Positions 1 through 11,006 of a stretch of DNA of 64,000 nucleotides are shown one piece after another. Below the pieces are notes generated by a model. The model had not been told where the DNA came from. It saw only the letters and a list, made by a program, of their open reading frames with translations, and ran no database searches. The position numbers and the translations under genes are program-made. This DNA comes from Calditrichaceae bacterium (GTDB lineage: Bacteria > Calditrichota > Calditrichia > Calditrichales > JBFXGD01), in contig JBFXLE010000007.1 in NCBI GenBank assembly GCA_050173015.1, positions 119,658 through 183,657 on the forward strand, written 5' to 3'. The stretch's first letter is position 1. Every line of letters starts with the position of its first letter.

Positions 1-660
1 CGCGGCTTCAGCGAGTAGCCCGCGTTCACCACTTGAGAAATGTATATATTCTTCCGATAAAGCGCTCGGTAAGCTGGCAATAATACCTATAAAGATGATA
101 AGAGAAATACCATTACCAATACCTCGATCATCTATTTGTTCACCAAGCCACATGATAAGCATGGTTCCGGAGGCCATGGAAATCATTGTCATTAATTGAA
201 ATCCTATACCCGGATCGGGTACGGCGAGCCTGCCGTCCGCAATCTGAATACTCTGCAGAAATATAGCAACACCATAAGCCTGCATGGCAGAAATCAACAA
301 TGTGCCATAACGGGTATACTGAATGATTTTTTTTCGGCCTTCTTCACCTTCTTTTTGAAGCTTCTGAAAGTGCGGAACTACGGCTCCCAGCAGCTGAATA
401 ATAATGGATGCGCTGATATAGGGCATAATACCCAGCCCGAAAATAGCTGCCTTGCTAAACGCGCCGCCGGCAAACAAGTCATACAGACCAAATAAAGTAC
501 CTTGTAAGTTCTTAAATCCTTCTGCCAACACACTTGTATCGATTCCCGGCGTAACGATATGGGTACCGATTCGCTCGATACCTAAAATCATCAATGTAAA
601 AAAAATACGCCTTCTCAATTCACCGATCTTGAATATATTTCTAAAAGTATCGAGTATCAT
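1..660 (-). CDS. secY: Preprotein translocase SecY (5' part; runs off window start)
   Basis: Not in ORF track. Read by eye from ATG at 660 (ATGA overlap with rplO stop): MILDTFRNIFKIGELRRRIFFTLMILGIERIGTHIVTPGID..., later LGIMPYISASII; canonical position after rplO. Confidence 0.95.
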   Translation of the reverse strand, partial: MILDTFRNIFKIGELRRRIFFTLMILGIERIGTHIVTPGIDTSVLAEGFKNLQGTLFGLYDLFAGGAFSKAAIFGLGIMPYISASIIIQLLGAVVPHFQKLQKEGEEGRKKIIQYTRYGTLLISAMQAYGVAIFLQSIQIADGRLAVPDPGIGFQLMTMISMASGTMLIMWLGEQIDDRGIGNGISLIIFIGIIASLPSALSEEYIHFSSGERGLLAEAA

Positions 661-1097
661 GATAGCGTAACGGTGCCTCCTAATTTTTCGATCTTTTCCC
701 TGGCTGATTTGCTGATGGCATCAATCGTTAAATTGACTTTCGATTTCAATTCACCGTTACCGAGAATTTTTACAGGCACATTTTTTTTACGAATAAGCCC
801 GTTCTGTAATAAAATCTCCCTGGTAATCATCTCTGAACCGGATACTTTCTCAAGATCTCCGACATTTACAACCTGATGGGTTATTTTATTGATATTTGTA
901 AAACCAAATTTTGGTAAACGACGTTGCAGAGGCATCTGGCCACCTTCAAACCAGGCTCTTTGTTTCGCGCCGCCTCTGGAACCATAACCTTTATGTCCTC
1001 TACCTGCGGTTACCGCGAGACCTGAACCTTCACCCCGGCCACGTCTTTTTTTCTTTTTGGTTGCCCCACTCGCAGGACGTAATGTACTTAAATCCAT
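657..1097 (-). CDS. rplO: 50S ribosomal protein L15
   Basis: GRGHKG, FEGGQMPLQRRLPKFGF motifs. Confidence 0.98.
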   Translation of the reverse strand: MDLSTLRPASGATKKKKRRGRGEGSGLAVTAGRGHKGYGSRGGAKQRAWFEGGQMPLQRRLPKFGFTNINKITHQVVNVGDLEKVSGSEMITREILLQNGLIRKKNVPVKILGNGELKSKVNLTIDAISKSAREKIEKLGGTVTLS

Positions 1098-1125
1098 AAT
1101 TGAACTATCCCCTATACAATATATT

Positions 1126-1323
1126 CTATTTTACTTCTTCCACATTGACAAGATGCTTAACTTTATTAACCATTCCGAGGATTTGTGGAGTGGCATCATG
1201 CACCACGCTATGATTTAATTTTTTGATACCCAATGCTTCAATAGTCAATTTCTGACCTTTGGGATAGCCTATTGCACTTTTTTTCTGGGTAATCTTTATT
1301 TTTTTTAACTTACTTGTTGCCAT
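1126..1323 (-). CDS. rpmD: 50S ribosomal protein L30
   Basis: IKITQKKSAIG...GMVNKVKHLV; synteny. Confidence 0.97.
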   Translation of the reverse strand: MATSKLKKIKITQKKSAIGYPKGQKLTIEALGIKKLNHSVVHDATPQILGMVNKVKHLVNVEEVK

Positions 1324-1347
1324 TATTAATATCCTTGAAATTAGCTG

Positions 1348-1854
1348 TTAACCATGAAATAACTTGCCAAGCGAAATATTTCTTCTCTTCGCAACTTCTT
1401 CAGCACTCATCATATTTTTAAGAGCATAAAATGTCGCTTTGCTGAGATTGTGCGGGTTTGAAGAACCGATCGATTTGGTCAAAATATCAGTAATTCCCGC
1501 CATTTCGCAAATTGCGCGGACCGGACCACCGGCAATAACTCCTGTACCGGGTGAAGCCGGATTTAAGGAGACATAACCAGCGCCGTATTTAGCATTGACC
1601 GGATATGAAATCGTACCATTTATCAGTGATACTTTAGTTAGATTTTTTTTAGCCTGATCAGTGGCTTTTGAGATAGCATTAATAACTTCATTGGCTTTAC
1701 CTAAACCAAGACCTATAATGCCACTTCCATCGCCAACTACAACAATGGCATTGAACGAGAAGCGCCGACCGCCTTTTAATACTTTGGCGACACGGTTGAT
1801 ATAAACCACCTTCTCTTTTAAATCTAATTCACCTGGATTAATTCGTTCAACCAC
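1348..1854 (-). CDS. rpsE: 30S ribosomal protein S5
   Basis: [31 protein letters not shown] start. Confidence 0.98.
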   Translation of the reverse strand: MVERINPGELDLKEKVVYINRVAKVLKGGRRFSFNAIVVVGDGSGIIGLGLGKANEVINAISKATDQAKKNLTKVSLINGTISYPVNAKYGAGYVSLNPASPGTGVIAGGPVRAICEMAGITDILTKSIGSSNPHNLSKATFYALKNMMSAEEVAKRRNISLGKLFHG

Positions 1855-1871
1855 CGTTCACTCCCTATAAT

Positions 1872-2204
1872 TTAAAAATCCAAGCCACCTTCACGGGCAC
1901 CATCGGCGAACGATTTTACACGCCCATGATAAAGATAACTGTTTCTGTCAAAAACTACTTTTGACACATTTTTCTTTTTTGCTTCTTCAGCCAGCAATTT
2001 ACCGACAATAAAAGCTTTTTCTTTTTTTGATTTGGCTTTTTTCAGAGCATCTTTGACTGATTTACTTATATCAGACAGCCCTAATAACACCTTTTTCTGG
2101 GAATCGTCAACGATTTGCCCATGCATATATCTCAGGCTTCTAAAAACCACTAAACGCGGTCTTTCAGTTGTACCGAATATCCTTTTTTTACTTTTCTCAG
2201 GCAT
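1872..2204 (-). CDS. rplR: 50S ribosomal protein L18
   Basis: RPRLVVFRS, VVFDR..YLYHGRVK..ADGAREGGL. Confidence 0.98.
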   Translation of the reverse strand: MPEKSKKRIFGTTERPRLVVFRSLRYMHGQIVDDSQKKVLLGLSDISKSVKDALKKAKSKKEKAFIVGKLLAEEAKKKNVSKVVFDRNSYLYHGRVKSFADGAREGGLDF

Positions 2205-2223
2205 CTTAATCGTTCCTATCTAC

Positions 2224-2763
2224 TTATTTTCCTGCCGTTTTTCCAGCCTTGCGACGTATATGTTCGCCGGCATATTTCACGCCTTTGCCTTTGTAGGGCT
2301 CTGGCTTTCTGTAACTGCGAAGCTTGGATGCGATCATTCCCACCAATTCTTTATTTATACCCGAAATTTGTATTTCATTCGGACCGGGAACATTTATCGT
2401 TATACCCTCAGGTGCAGAAAAAACGATCGGATGAGAAAAACCTAAATGGAGTACAAGACGACTACCCTTGGTTTCAGCCTTATATCCAACACCAACAATT
2501 TCAAGTTTCTTTGTAAAACCGTTTGATACACCTTCAACCATATTCGCAATCAGAGTACGGGTTAATCCATGCAATGAGCGACTAACCTTTTCATCATTCA
2601 TTCTGGAAACCACAATCTCTTTATTTTCAATCACAATATTGATCTGCTCTACGAACTGACGGCTCAGCTCGCCTTTTGGTCCTTTAACAGTCAATATTTT
2701 ATTATCCAGATTAACATTAACGTTATCCGGAATCTGAACTGGTAATTTGCCGATTCTCGACAC
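2224..2763 (-). CDS. rplF: 50S ribosomal protein L6
   Basis: MSRIGKLPV, PEPYKGKGVKY. Confidence 0.98.
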   Translation of the reverse strand: MSRIGKLPVQIPDNVNVNLDNKILTVKGPKGELSRQFVEQINIVIENKEIVVSRMNDEKVSRSLHGLTRTLIANMVEGVSNGFTKKLEIVGVGYKAETKGSRLVLHLGFSHPIVFSAPEGITINVPGPNEIQISGINKELVGMIASKLRSYRKPEPYKGKGVKYAGEHIRRKAGKTAGK

Positions 2764-2787
2764 TTTATTGTCTCCTATTCCTTCATA

Positions 2788-3186
2788 TTACCAAACGTAA
2801 CATAAAATTTCGCCACCAACGTGTTGTCTTTTTGCTTCACGAGCAGTAATTACACCTTTAGGAGTTGTCATAATCGCAATACCTAAATTATTTTTTACCC
2901 TGGGTAAATTCTCTACAGGAACATATTGTCTTCTTCCAGGCTTGCTTACTCTCGTTAAATTCTGAATGATTGGATTTTTATACTGATCGTATTTCAACCA
3001 GATTCGTATAAGACCCTGTTTACCATCATCAACTACAACATATTTTGCTATATATCCTTGTTCGAGCAAGATACGGCTCATCTGACGTTTAACGTTAGAT
3101 GACGGTATATCCACATATTTGTGTTTGGCATGCAGCCCATTTCTTATTCTTGTCAAAAAGTCTGCAATTGGATCTGTCATTGACAT
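2788..3186 (-). CDS. rpsH: 30S ribosomal protein S8
   Basis: MTDPIADFLTRIRN, GGEILCYVW. Confidence 0.98.
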   Translation of the reverse strand: MSMTDPIADFLTRIRNGLHAKHKYVDIPSSNVKRQMSRILLEQGYIAKYVVVDDGKQGLIRIWLKYDQYKNPIIQNLTRVSKPGRRQYVPVENLPRVKNNLGIAIMTTPKGVITAREAKRQHVGGEILCYVW

Positions 3187-3210
3187 TTATTTATTCTCCT
3201 TCAATTGGGT

Positions 3211-3396
3211 TTACCAGCTTGCCTTGGTAACGCCCGGTATTTCACCTTGTAAAGCTAATTGTCTGAAGCAAAGACGGCAGATTCCATATTTCCGGAGATA
3301 TCCCCGTGGACGGCCGCATCTATTACAACGGTTATATTCACGCACTTTAAATTTTTGCTTACTTTTAGACTTTTCAATCAAACATTTCTTTGCCAA
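3211..3396 (-). CDS. rpsN: 30S ribosomal protein S14, short Zn-binding (type Z) form
   Basis: 61 aa, CNRC...CRLC, GVTKASW; TTG start. Confidence 0.97.
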   Translation of the reverse strand: MAKKCLIEKSKSKQKFKVREYNRCNRCGRPRGYLRKYGICRLCFRQLALQGEIPGVTKASW

Positions 3397-3411
3397 AGCA
3401 CACCTCTTATC

Positions 3412-3972
3412 TTAATTTTCCTGTTTCTTGAAAGGGAAACCCAGTGACCTTAATAGCTCATAAGCTTCTTCATCGGTTTTCGCAGTGCTTACAAAAGTGA
3501 CATCCAAACCGCGAATTTTATCAATTTTATCAACGTTAATCTCAGGGAAAATTATCTGTTCTTTGATCCCCAATGTATAATTGCCTCTGCCATCGAATGA
3601 TTTATCAGAGTAACCTCTGAAATCCCTGATACGAGGAACAGCGATACTGATAAAGCGATCAAGAAAATCAAACATCATCTTATTACGTAATGTGACACGG
3701 CAGCCTATCTTCATTCCCTGACGAAGCTTGAAATTTGAAATCGATTTCTTCGCAGTTGTTATCGCCGGCTTCTGGCCACTGATAACTGTCAGATCACTTA
3801 CAGCGCCTTCCAGGACTTTCGCGTCCTGAATCGCATCACCAACACCGACATTAAGACTAATTTTTACCAATTTGGGAACTTCATTTATATTTTTATACCC
3901 AAATTTTTTCATCATGTGAGGCACAACTTCGTTTTTATATTGATCGAACAACCTCGGTACGTATTCAGCCAT
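3412..3972 (-). CDS. rplE: 50S ribosomal protein L5
   Basis: [29 protein letters not shown]. Confidence 0.98.
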   Translation of the reverse strand: MAEYVPRLFDQYKNEVVPHMMKKFGYKNINEVPKLVKISLNVGVGDAIQDAKVLEGAVSDLTVISGQKPAITTAKKSISNFKLRQGMKIGCRVTLRNKMMFDFLDRFISIAVPRIRDFRGYSDKSFDGRGNYTLGIKEQIIFPEINVDKIDKIRGLDVTFVSTAKTDEEAYELLRSLGFPFKKQEN

Positions 3973-3995
3973 TTTTAACCTCTAAATATTCCGTG

Positions 3996-4322
3996 CTATA
4001 CGTTAACTGATATTATTTCGCCGCAATCTTTATTTTTGCAGAACCTTACCTTGGAGCCATCATCCAGAAAACGATAGCCTACACGGGTTGGTTTATTACA
4101 TTTACCACAAACCAGCACGACATTGGAAATGTGTATGGGGGCTTCTTTTTCAACAATGCCGCCCTGTGTATTTTTTTGTGACGGACGGGTATGCTTTTTA
4201 ATAATGTTTACACCCTCAACAATTACCCGGTCCTTATCAGGGAAAACTTTAAGTACTTTACTTATCTTTCCCTTATATTTGCCTGAAACCACTTTAATAG
4301 TGTCGTTTTTAACTACTCTCAT
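3996..4322 (-). CDS. rplX: 50S ribosomal protein L24
   Basis: KOW motif, [18 protein letters not shown]. Confidence 0.98.
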   Translation of the reverse strand: MRVVKNDTIKVVSGKYKGKISKVLKVFPDKDRVIVEGVNIIKKHTRPSQKNTQGGIVEKEAPIHISNVVLVCGKCNKPTRVGYRFLDDGSKVRFCKNKDCGEIISVNV

Positions 4323-4342
4323 TTATACAATCCTACCCATAG

Positions 4343-4711
4343 TTATAGTACTTCGGGAGCCAAAGATACGATTTTCATAAACTGCATATCACGCAACTCG
4401 CGAGCGACAGGCCCAAAAATACGTGTTCCCCGTGGTTCATTTTGGTTATCGATGATTACGGCTGCATTTTCGTCAAAACGGATATAGGTTCCATCCGGCC
4501 TGCGTATTTCTTTCTTCGTGCGAACGATTACCGCCTTCTGAACTTCACCCTTTTTCACGGTACCCCCGGGAATAGCGCTCTTTACAGCCACAACAATTAT
4601 ATCACCGACTGATGCGTATCTTCTACCTGAGCCGCCCAGGATACGAATACACATAACCTTCTGAGCACCGGAATTGTCCGCGACATTTAACCTTGTATAT
4701 TCTTGAATCAT
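4343..4711 (-). CDS. rplN: 50S ribosomal protein L14
   Basis: [27 protein letters not shown]. Confidence 0.99.
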   Translation of the reverse strand: MIQEYTRLNVADNSGAQKVMCIRILGGSGRRYASVGDIIVVAVKSAIPGGTVKKGEVQKAVIVRTKKEIRRPDGTYIRFDENAAVIIDNQNEPRGTRIFGPVARELRDMQFMKIVSLAPEVL

Positions 4712-4734
4712 CTTCCAGGTCCTTTTTCAGACAT

Positions 4735-4995
4735 TTATTTAACTTTTTCAACAACTTCCACTAAACGCCATCTTTTGTTTTTACTGATGGGTTTGGTTTC
4801 CATTACTTTTACAAGATCACCTTCATTGCATACATTTTGCTCATCATGCACAGTCAGCTTCATCGTCTTTTTTACGAATTTTCCATACAGAGGATGCTTT
4901 AAGCGTCTTTCAACTGCAATGGTGATTGTTTTGTCCATCTTATTACTAAGAACTTTACCGATACGAACTTTTCGTAACCCGCGTTCTGTCTTCAT
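4735..4995 (-). CDS. rpsQ: 30S ribosomal protein S17
   Basis: [25 protein letters not shown]. Confidence 0.98.
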   Translation of the reverse strand: MKTERGLRKVRIGKVLSNKMDKTITIAVERRLKHPLYGKFVKKTMKLTVHDEQNVCNEGDLVKVMETKPISKNKRWRLVEVVEKVK

Positions 4996-5012
4996 ATCTT
5001 TCCCAATCTCAC

Positions 5013-5222
5013 TTATGCTTTGATATTTATACCTAATTCCTGCTGACGTATAAATGTTTTAATGCGCGCAATCTCCCTACGCACAAATCTGATCCGAATG
5101 GGGTTAGTCAGCTGATGCGTCGCTTTCTGAAGGACAAGATTTTCATATTCATCTTGAACTTCACGCAACTTCTCATTTAATTCGTCCAGGGTAAGTCCTT
5201 TTATATCTTCTTTGCTCTTCAT
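5013..5222 (-). CDS. rpmC: 50S ribosomal protein L29
   Basis: [10 protein letters not shown]; synteny. Confidence 0.95.
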   Translation of the reverse strand: MKSKEDIKGLTLDELNEKLREVQDEYENLVLQKATHQLTNPIRIRFVRREIARIKTFIRQQELGINIKA

Positions 5223-5236
5223 CGCTTTTACCCCTG

Positions 5237-5644
5237 TTACTCATTTACAACAAATTTTGTTTTAATTGGTAATTTATGCGAAGCTAAGCGCATAGCTTCT
5301 TTGGCCAGTTCAAGATCTACACCTTCCAGCTCGAACATAATACGGCCGGGCTTTACCACTGCTACCCAATATTCGGGAGATCCCTTACCTTTTCCCATAC
5401 GAGTTTCCGCCGGTTTTTTAGTGACGGGCTTATCGGGAAATATACGAATCCAAACTTTTCCACCGCGCTTCACGTGCCTTGTGATCGCAATACGTGTTGC
5501 TTCTATCTGTCTGCTGGTAATCCAACCGGATTCCATAGCCTTTAATCCATATTTACCGAATGCAATATAATTGCCCTTCTGGGCATTACCCTTCATTCTT
5601 CCGCGTTGTTTCTTACGATATTTAACTCTCTTAGGCATTAACAT
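5237..5644 (-). CDS. rplP: 50S ribosomal protein L16
   Basis: [21 protein letters not shown]. Confidence 0.99.
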   Translation of the reverse strand: MLMPKRVKYRKKQRGRMKGNAQKGNYIAFGKYGLKAMESGWITSRQIEATRIAITRHVKRGGKVWIRIFPDKPVTKKPAETRMGKGKGSPEYWVAVVKPGRIMFELEGVDLELAKEAMRLASHKLPIKTKFVVNE

Positions 5645-5667
5645 TAGAAAGACTCCTAAAACTCATC

Positions 5668-6300
5668 CTATCTTTTTCCGATTACTTCGCCATTAAAGAT
5701 CCAGACCTTTACGCCAATTGTTCCATAAGTTGTGTTTGACGTATAAGTGGCATAATCTATGTCTGCTCTTAGCGTATGAAGGGGAATTCTTCCTTCTTTA
5801 TATTGTTCAGTTCTTGCCATTTCAGCTCCGCCGAGACGCCCGGAACACATAATCTTAATTCCTTCAGCTCCAAGTCTCATTGTCGATGTAATCGCTTTTT
5901 TCATAGCGCGACGAAAACTAACCTTGCCTTCCAGCTGCTTCGCAATGTTTTCGGCAACCAGATATGCGTCTAATTCCGGTTTCTTGATTTCATTGATATT
6001 GATCTGAACATCTTTACCTGTTAAAGCTCTCAGTTCTTCTTTTAACTTATCAACCTCAGAACCCTTTTTCCCGATCACAATCCCGGGCCGGGCCGTATGA
6101 ACCGTTAAAATGACTTTCTTCACAGTACGTTCGATCTCAATCTTGGACACCGCCGCTTTCTTCAAACGATTCCTGATGTACTGTCTAAGCTTTAAATCTT
6201 CCTGCAGTTTCGCCGCGAAATTCTTTTCGTCAAACCAACTGCTATTCCAGGTTTTGATGATCCCTAATCTGAAACCAACCGGATGAACTTTTTGCCCCAA
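5668..6300 (-). CDS. rpsC: 30S ribosomal protein S3
   Basis: [27 protein letters not shown] start. Confidence 0.99.
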   Translation of the reverse strand: MGQKVHPVGFRLGIIKTWNSSWFDEKNFAAKLQEDLKLRQYIRNRLKKAAVSKIEIERTVKKVILTVHTARPGIVIGKKGSEVDKLKEELRALTGKDVQININEIKKPELDAYLVAENIAKQLEGKVSFRRAMKKAITSTMRLGAEGIKIMCSGRLGGAEMARTEQYKEGRIPLHTLRADIDYATYTSNTTYGTIGVKVWIFNGEVIGKR

Positions 6301-6326
6301 ACCGATTCTCCTTATAGTGAACAGTT

Positions 6327-6668
6327 TTAAATATGTTCAACAATAATTGTTAAATGTGATGTTCTTTTACGTATTTTACCCGCTCTGCCCATTGACATAG
6401 GACGAAATCTCTTCAGAGTTGCCCCGCCATCTACGAATGCGGTTTTAATATAAACATCATTCATATTAATACGCTCGCCTTCTTCCTTGTTGCCAAGATT
6501 AGCATAGGCAGCCTGAATTGTCTTGGCGATAGGCTCAGCGGCATTTTTTCTTGTAAAATGAAGTAAATTCAATGCTTCTTCCACATTCATACCGCGAACC
6601 AGGTCCAGGACCCGTCGCATTTTTATCGGGGACATTCTCAAATATTTGGTTTTTGCAATAGCTTCCAT
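6327..6668 (-). CDS. rplV: 50S ribosomal protein L22
   Basis: [20 protein letters not shown]. Confidence 0.98.
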   Translation of the reverse strand: MEAIAKTKYLRMSPIKMRRVLDLVRGMNVEEALNLLHFTRKNAAEPIAKTIQAAYANLGNKEEGERINMNDVYIKTAFVDGGATLKRFRPMSMGRAGKIRKRTSHLTIIVEHI

Positions 6669-6685
6669 CTTTACTCCGATTTTTT

Positions 6686-6973
6686 TTACTTAACACGACT
6701 CATGCGTTCAGCCAGCTTACCCCCGTGACCTCTAAATGTACGAGTCGGAGCAAATTCACCAAGTTTGTGACCCACCATATTTTCAGATACATAAACAGGT
6801 ATGAATTTTATTCCGTTATGAACAGCAATTGTATGACCTACAAATTCCGGTGGAATTGTGCTTCTTCTTGCCCAGGTCTTCACAACTACTTTTTTACCAT
6901 CAGCATTCAATTTTTCAATTTTACCGGCAAGATTCAGGTCAATGTATGGACCTTTTTTTATCGAGCGTGCCAT
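6686..6973 (-). CDS. rpsS: 30S ribosomal protein S19
   Basis: [20 protein letters not shown]. Confidence 0.99.
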   Translation of the reverse strand: MARSIKKGPYIDLNLAGKIEKLNADGKKVVVKTWARRSTIPPEFVGHTIAVHNGIKFIPVYVSENMVGHKLGEFAPTRTFRGHGGKLAERMSRVK

Positions 6974-6986
6974 CTACATAATTCTC

Positions 6987-7811
6987 CTATTTACGCCGCT
7001 TCACAATAAACGCATCAGATTGTTTTCTTTTCTTACGAGTTTTTAATCCCTTGCTTAACTGGCCCCATGGTGAACACGGATGGCGACCGCCTGATGTCTT
7101 GCCTTCTCCACCACCCATAGGATGGTCAATGGGGTTCATGGCAACACCTCTAACATTGGGACGACGCCCAAGCCATCTTGAACGACCTGCTTTACCAATC
7201 GAAATATTCATGTGGTCAACATTCGAAACCTGTCCAATGGTCGCGTAACAATTCGCATGAATTTTTCGAACTTCACCGGAAGGCAGCTTAACCATCGCGA
7301 ACTTACCCTCTTTGGCAACCAACTGCGCCGAAGCGCCCGCGCTTCTTACAAGCTGCGCGCCTTTTTTTACTTTTAATTCAATTCCAAATATTCTTAATCC
7401 GACCGGGATTTTCTCCAATGGAAGCGAATTCCCGACTTTAATTTCCACATTCTCGCCAGAAAGAACTTTATCACCAACTTTTAATCCATCGGCAGCGAGA
7501 ACATATCTTTTTTCGCCATCCGCATAATTCAAAAGAGCAATTCTTGCTGTTCTGTTCGGATCATATTCAATTGACGCGACAGTGGCCGGGATATCAAATT
7601 TATTTCTTTTAAAATCTATAACCCTGTAACGTCTCTTATGACCGCCTCCACGATGAAACGCAGTCACTCGTCCATTATTATTTCTTCCACCGGTCTTTTT
7701 AAGAGATTCGGTTAATGATTTTTCAGGTTTTGACTCAGTAATCTGAGCAAAATCACTCACCGTTTTATATCTTTGACCAGGTGTAATTGGTTTAAAACTT
7801 TTAATTCCCAT
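6987..7811 (-). CDS. rplB: 50S ribosomal protein L2
   Basis: [25 protein letters not shown]. Confidence 0.99.
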   Translation of the reverse strand: MGIKSFKPITPGQRYKTVSDFAQITESKPEKSLTESLKKTGGRNNNGRVTAFHRGGGHKRRYRVIDFKRNKFDIPATVASIEYDPNRTARIALLNYADGEKRYVLAADGLKVGDKVLSGENVEIKVGNSLPLEKIPVGLRIFGIELKVKKGAQLVRSAGASAQLVAKEGKFAMVKLPSGEVRKIHANCYATIGQVSNVDHMNISIGKAGRSRWLGRRPNVRGVAMNPIDHPMGGGEGKTSGGRHPCSPWGQLSKGLKTRKKRKQSDAFIVKRRK

Positions 7812-7832
7812 TTATAAACCCCGTATCTCGAA

Positions 7833-8132
7833 TTAGGCGTTACCAAACAAATCTAATTTATGACCGCTTTCAAGCGTGACTATAGCTTTTTTCCATGCAG
7901 GACGCCGACCATAAAATCTACCTTTTTTAGTCATTTGCTGACGCATCTTCCCGACAACATTCATCGTCTTCACAGATTTAACCTTAACATCGAAGCGACT
8001 TTCAACTTCACTCTTAATCTCAATCCGATTCGATTCTTTATTCACCTCAAAACCGTACTTATTAAGATTTTCCTGCATACCGGCAAGTTTTTCGGTATAT
8101 AACGGCCTGATTATTATTCTCTTTTTTTTCAT
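7833..8132 (-). CDS. rplW: 50S ribosomal protein L23
   Basis: RPLYTEK, WKKAIVTL. Confidence 0.97.
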   Translation of the reverse strand: MKKKRIIIRPLYTEKLAGMQENLNKYGFEVNKESNRIEIKSEVESRFDVKVKSVKTMNVVGKMRQQMTKKGRFYGRRPAWKKAIVTLESGHKLDLFGNA

Positions 8133-8758
8133 TAGCCTAGCACCTCATTAACTTTTTCGAGCGCGCCTTCCTGAATCAATATTGTATCCGCTTTCAATAA
8201 ATCATAAGTGGAAAACGTAATCGAATCTCTAACCTGTACCCTGAACAAATTCGAAGACGATTTTACAATATTCTTCGATAAGTCCGAAGTGCACAGCAAT
8301 ACGTTCTTATTGTCAAGATTAAAGGCTGATACAAGACTAATAATTTTCTTGGTAGACGGAACTTCGTAATCAAAATTTTTAATGATTTTAATTTTGTCTT
8401 CACGAATCTTATAGGTCAAGACCGAACGACGAGCAAGCTGCTTTACTTTTTTGTTAACCTTCATCGTATAAGTTCTCGGTTCAGGTCCGAATACGCGTCC
8501 ACCGCCTACATGATGCGGCGCGCGGCTCGTACCCTGTCTTGCGCGACCAGTTCCTTTCTGACGGAAAGGCTTTTTACCACCGCCGGACACATACGAACGT
8601 CCTTTAGTTGCATGCGTACCCTGTCGTTGATTCGCGCGAATCAACTTTACATCAAGCCAAATCGCATGATCATTCGGCTCAGCGGCAAATACAGCATCGC
8701 TCAACTCAACTTGTTCTGACGTCTCTTTGCCATCTAGTTCATATACTTTAAGCTTCAT
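8132..8758 (-). CDS. rplD: 50S ribosomal protein L4
   Basis: RQGTHATK, KPFRQKGTGRARQG. Confidence 0.98.
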   Translation of the reverse strand: MKLKVYELDGKETSEQVELSDAVFAAEPNDHAIWLDVKLIRANQRQGTHATKGRSYVSGGGKKPFRQKGTGRARQGTSRAPHHVGGGRVFGPEPRTYTMKVNKKVKQLARRSVLTYKIREDKIKIIKNFDYEVPSTKKIISLVSAFNLDNKNVLLCTSDLSKNIVKSSSNLFRVQVRDSITFSTYDLLKADTILIQEGALEKVNEVLG

Positions 8759-8786
8759 TATACTCTACCTTGAATCTAATATTTGC

Positions 8787-9404
8787 CTATTTTTTTATTT
8801 CCAACAATGTGTTTTTCGAACCGGGTACAGCGCCTTTCAAAAACAGCAGATTATTTTCCGCATCTACTTTTACGATTTGAACACGTTTCAGGGTCGTGCG
8901 GGCATTCCCCATACGGCCGGCCATTTTCAATCCTTTAAATACCCGTGAAGGATACGAACTCTGTCCCAGTGAACCGGGAGCGCGCAATCTATCTGACTGC
9001 CCATGAGTCTTTGGTCCGCCGGCAAATCCATGCCGCTTGACTCCGCCCTGGAATCCCTTACCTTTGCTTAATCCTGACACTCTTACCTGCATGCCCGCAG
9101 TGAATATATCAGCTTTAATTTCAGAGCCGAGCTCAGCATTTTCAAGATCACTGCTTTCGAACTCCCTGATATATTTTTTCGGCGCCACAGATACTTTTTT
9201 AAAGTGACCCTTAAGCGGTTTGGATACCTTCTTCTCTTTTGCATCCAAAAAGCTTAACTGTACCGCATCGTATCCATCAGTTTCTTTTGTCTTTACCTGG
9301 GTGACATAACACGGACCCGCTTCCACGACCGTCACGGCGACAACGATGCCTTTGTCGTCAAATATTTGAGTCATCCCTATTTTACGTCCTAAAATACCAG
9401 ACAT
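8787..9404 (-). CDS. rplC: 50S ribosomal protein L3
   Basis: GILGRKIGMTQ, SKGKGFQG; start moved to ATG at 9404 behind GGAG SD. Confidence 0.98.
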   Translation of the reverse strand: MSGILGRKIGMTQIFDDKGIVVAVTVVEAGPCYVTQVKTKETDGYDAVQLSFLDAKEKKVSKPLKGHFKKVSVAPKKYIREFESSDLENAELGSEIKADIFTAGMQVRVSGLSKGKGFQGGVKRHGFAGGPKTHGQSDRLRAPGSLGQSSYPSRVFKGLKMAGRMGNARTTLKRVQIVKVDAENNLLFLKGAVPGSKNTLLEIKK

Positions 9405-9430
9405 TATTTTCTCCAAAGATTGAAGCTATT

Positions 9431-9739
9431 TCAGGTTTTTATTTCAATATCAACACCAGCAGGCAGTTCCAATTTCATCAGAGCATCTACCGTTTTGCTG
9501 GTTGCATTTAAGATATCGATCAGTCTCTTGTGAATTCTCGTTTCAAATTGCTCACGTGATTTTTTATCTACATGCGGTGAACGTAAAACTGTGTAAACTG
9601 ATCTGTCCGTCGGCAAAGGAATCGGTCCGGAAATCAACGCTCCTGTCGATCTTGCCGTTCTAATAATCTTGTCAGTCGATTTATCAATCAGATTATGATC
9701 GTAAGCTTTTAACCGAATTCTAATGCTTTGACTGGCCAC
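9431..9739 (-). CDS. rpsJ: 30S ribosomal protein S10
   Basis: [24 protein letters not shown]; likely GTG start at 9739 behind GGAG (track start 9751). Confidence 0.97.
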   Translation of the reverse strand: MASQSIRIRLKAYDHNLIDKSTDKIIRTARSTGALISGPIPLPTDRSVYTVLRSPHVDKKSREQFETRIHKRLIDILNATSKTVDALMKLELPAGVDIEIKT

Positions 9740-9788
9740 AACTTTCTCCACTAATTATTTGTTAAATGTGCAACTGAACCTATTTGCA

Positions 9789-10979
9789 CTATGCAATAAT
9801 CTCCGACACAACACCGGCTCCCACCGTACGTCCGCCTTCACGGATCGCGAAACGCAATTCCTTCTCCATGGCGATCTCTTTCAGCAACTCGATCTCAACC
9901 GTTATGTTATCACCAGGCATTACCATCTCTACGCCGGAAGGCATACTTACCATACCCGTAACATCGGTTGTACGGAAATAAAACTGCGGACGATACCCGT
10001 TAAAAAACGGAGTGTGACGCCCACCTTCTTCTTTTGTCAATACGTATACTTCACCTTTGAATTTGGTATGAGGCTTAATTGATCCGCCCTTTGCCAAAAC
10101 CATACCGCGTTCAATTTCTTCTTTTGTCACACCGCGCAACAGAAGACCAACATTATCTCCCGCTTCACCGCGATCCAACAACTTGCGGAACATCTCAACA
10201 CCGGTAACAACCGTCTTGCGATGAGCTCCCAAACCGATCATCTCAACTTCTTCACCAACCGTAACAACACCGCGCTCAATTCTGCCTGTGGCCACCGTAC
10301 CGCGACCGGTAATCGAGAACACATCTTCAACCGGCATCAGGAACGGCTTATCAACATCACGCTGCGGAGTCGGAATATATTCGTCAACCGCCGCCATTAA
10401 CTCAAAAATAGCCTTATTCGCTTCATCATCATCCGGATTATTCAACGCGTTCAAGGCGCTGCCTTTTATGATTGGTATGTCATCACCAGGAAATTCGTAT
10501 GAAGATAAAAGCTCACGCAATTCGAGCTCAACCAATTCCAACAACTCCGGATCGTCCACCTGGTCAACCTTATTCATAAATACTACGATATAAGGCACGT
10601 TTACCTGACGGGCAAGCAAAACATGCTCGCGGGTCTGCGGCATCGGACCGTCGGCGGCGCTCACTACCAGAATCGCTCCGTCCATCTGAGCAGCACCGGT
10701 AATCATATTCTTTACATAATCGGCGTGACCGGGACAGTCAACATGCGCATAATGACGATTGGCCGTCGCATACTCAACATGAGCAGTCGCGATCGTAATA
10801 CCGCGTTCACGTTCTTCCGGAGCATTGTCAATACTGTCAAAACTACGGAAAGATGCTGTACCACCTTTAGCAAGCGCTTGAGTGATCGCTGCAGTTAAGG
10901 TTGTTTTACCATGATCAACGTGACCGATGGTACCAATATTTACATGGGGCTTACTTCTATCAAATTTTTCCTTAGCCAT
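9789..10979 (-). CDS. tuf: Elongation factor Tu (str-operon copy)
   Basis: [17 protein letters not shown]; follows fusA. Confidence 0.99.
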   Translation of the reverse strand: MAKEKFDRSKPHVNIGTIGHVDHGKTTLTAAITQALAKGGTASFRSFDSIDNAPEERERGITIATAHVEYATANRHYAHVDCPGHADYVKNMITGAAQMDGAILVVSAADGPMPQTREHVLLARQVNVPYIVVFMNKVDQVDDPELLELVELELRELLSSYEFPGDDIPIIKGSALNALNNPDDDEANKAIFELMAAVDEYIPTPQRDVDKPFLMPVEDVFSITGRGTVATGRIERGVVTVGEEVEMIGLGAHRKTVVTGVEMFRKLLDRGEAGDNVGLLLRGVTKEEIERGMVLAKGGSIKPHTKFKGEVYVLTKEEGGRHTPFFNGYRPQFYFRTTDVTGMVSMPSGVEMVMPGDNITVEIELLKEIAMEKELRFAIREGGRTVGAGVVSEIIA

Positions 10980-11006
10980 TTTTCCTCCAGGACTTTTCTT
11001 CTAATT

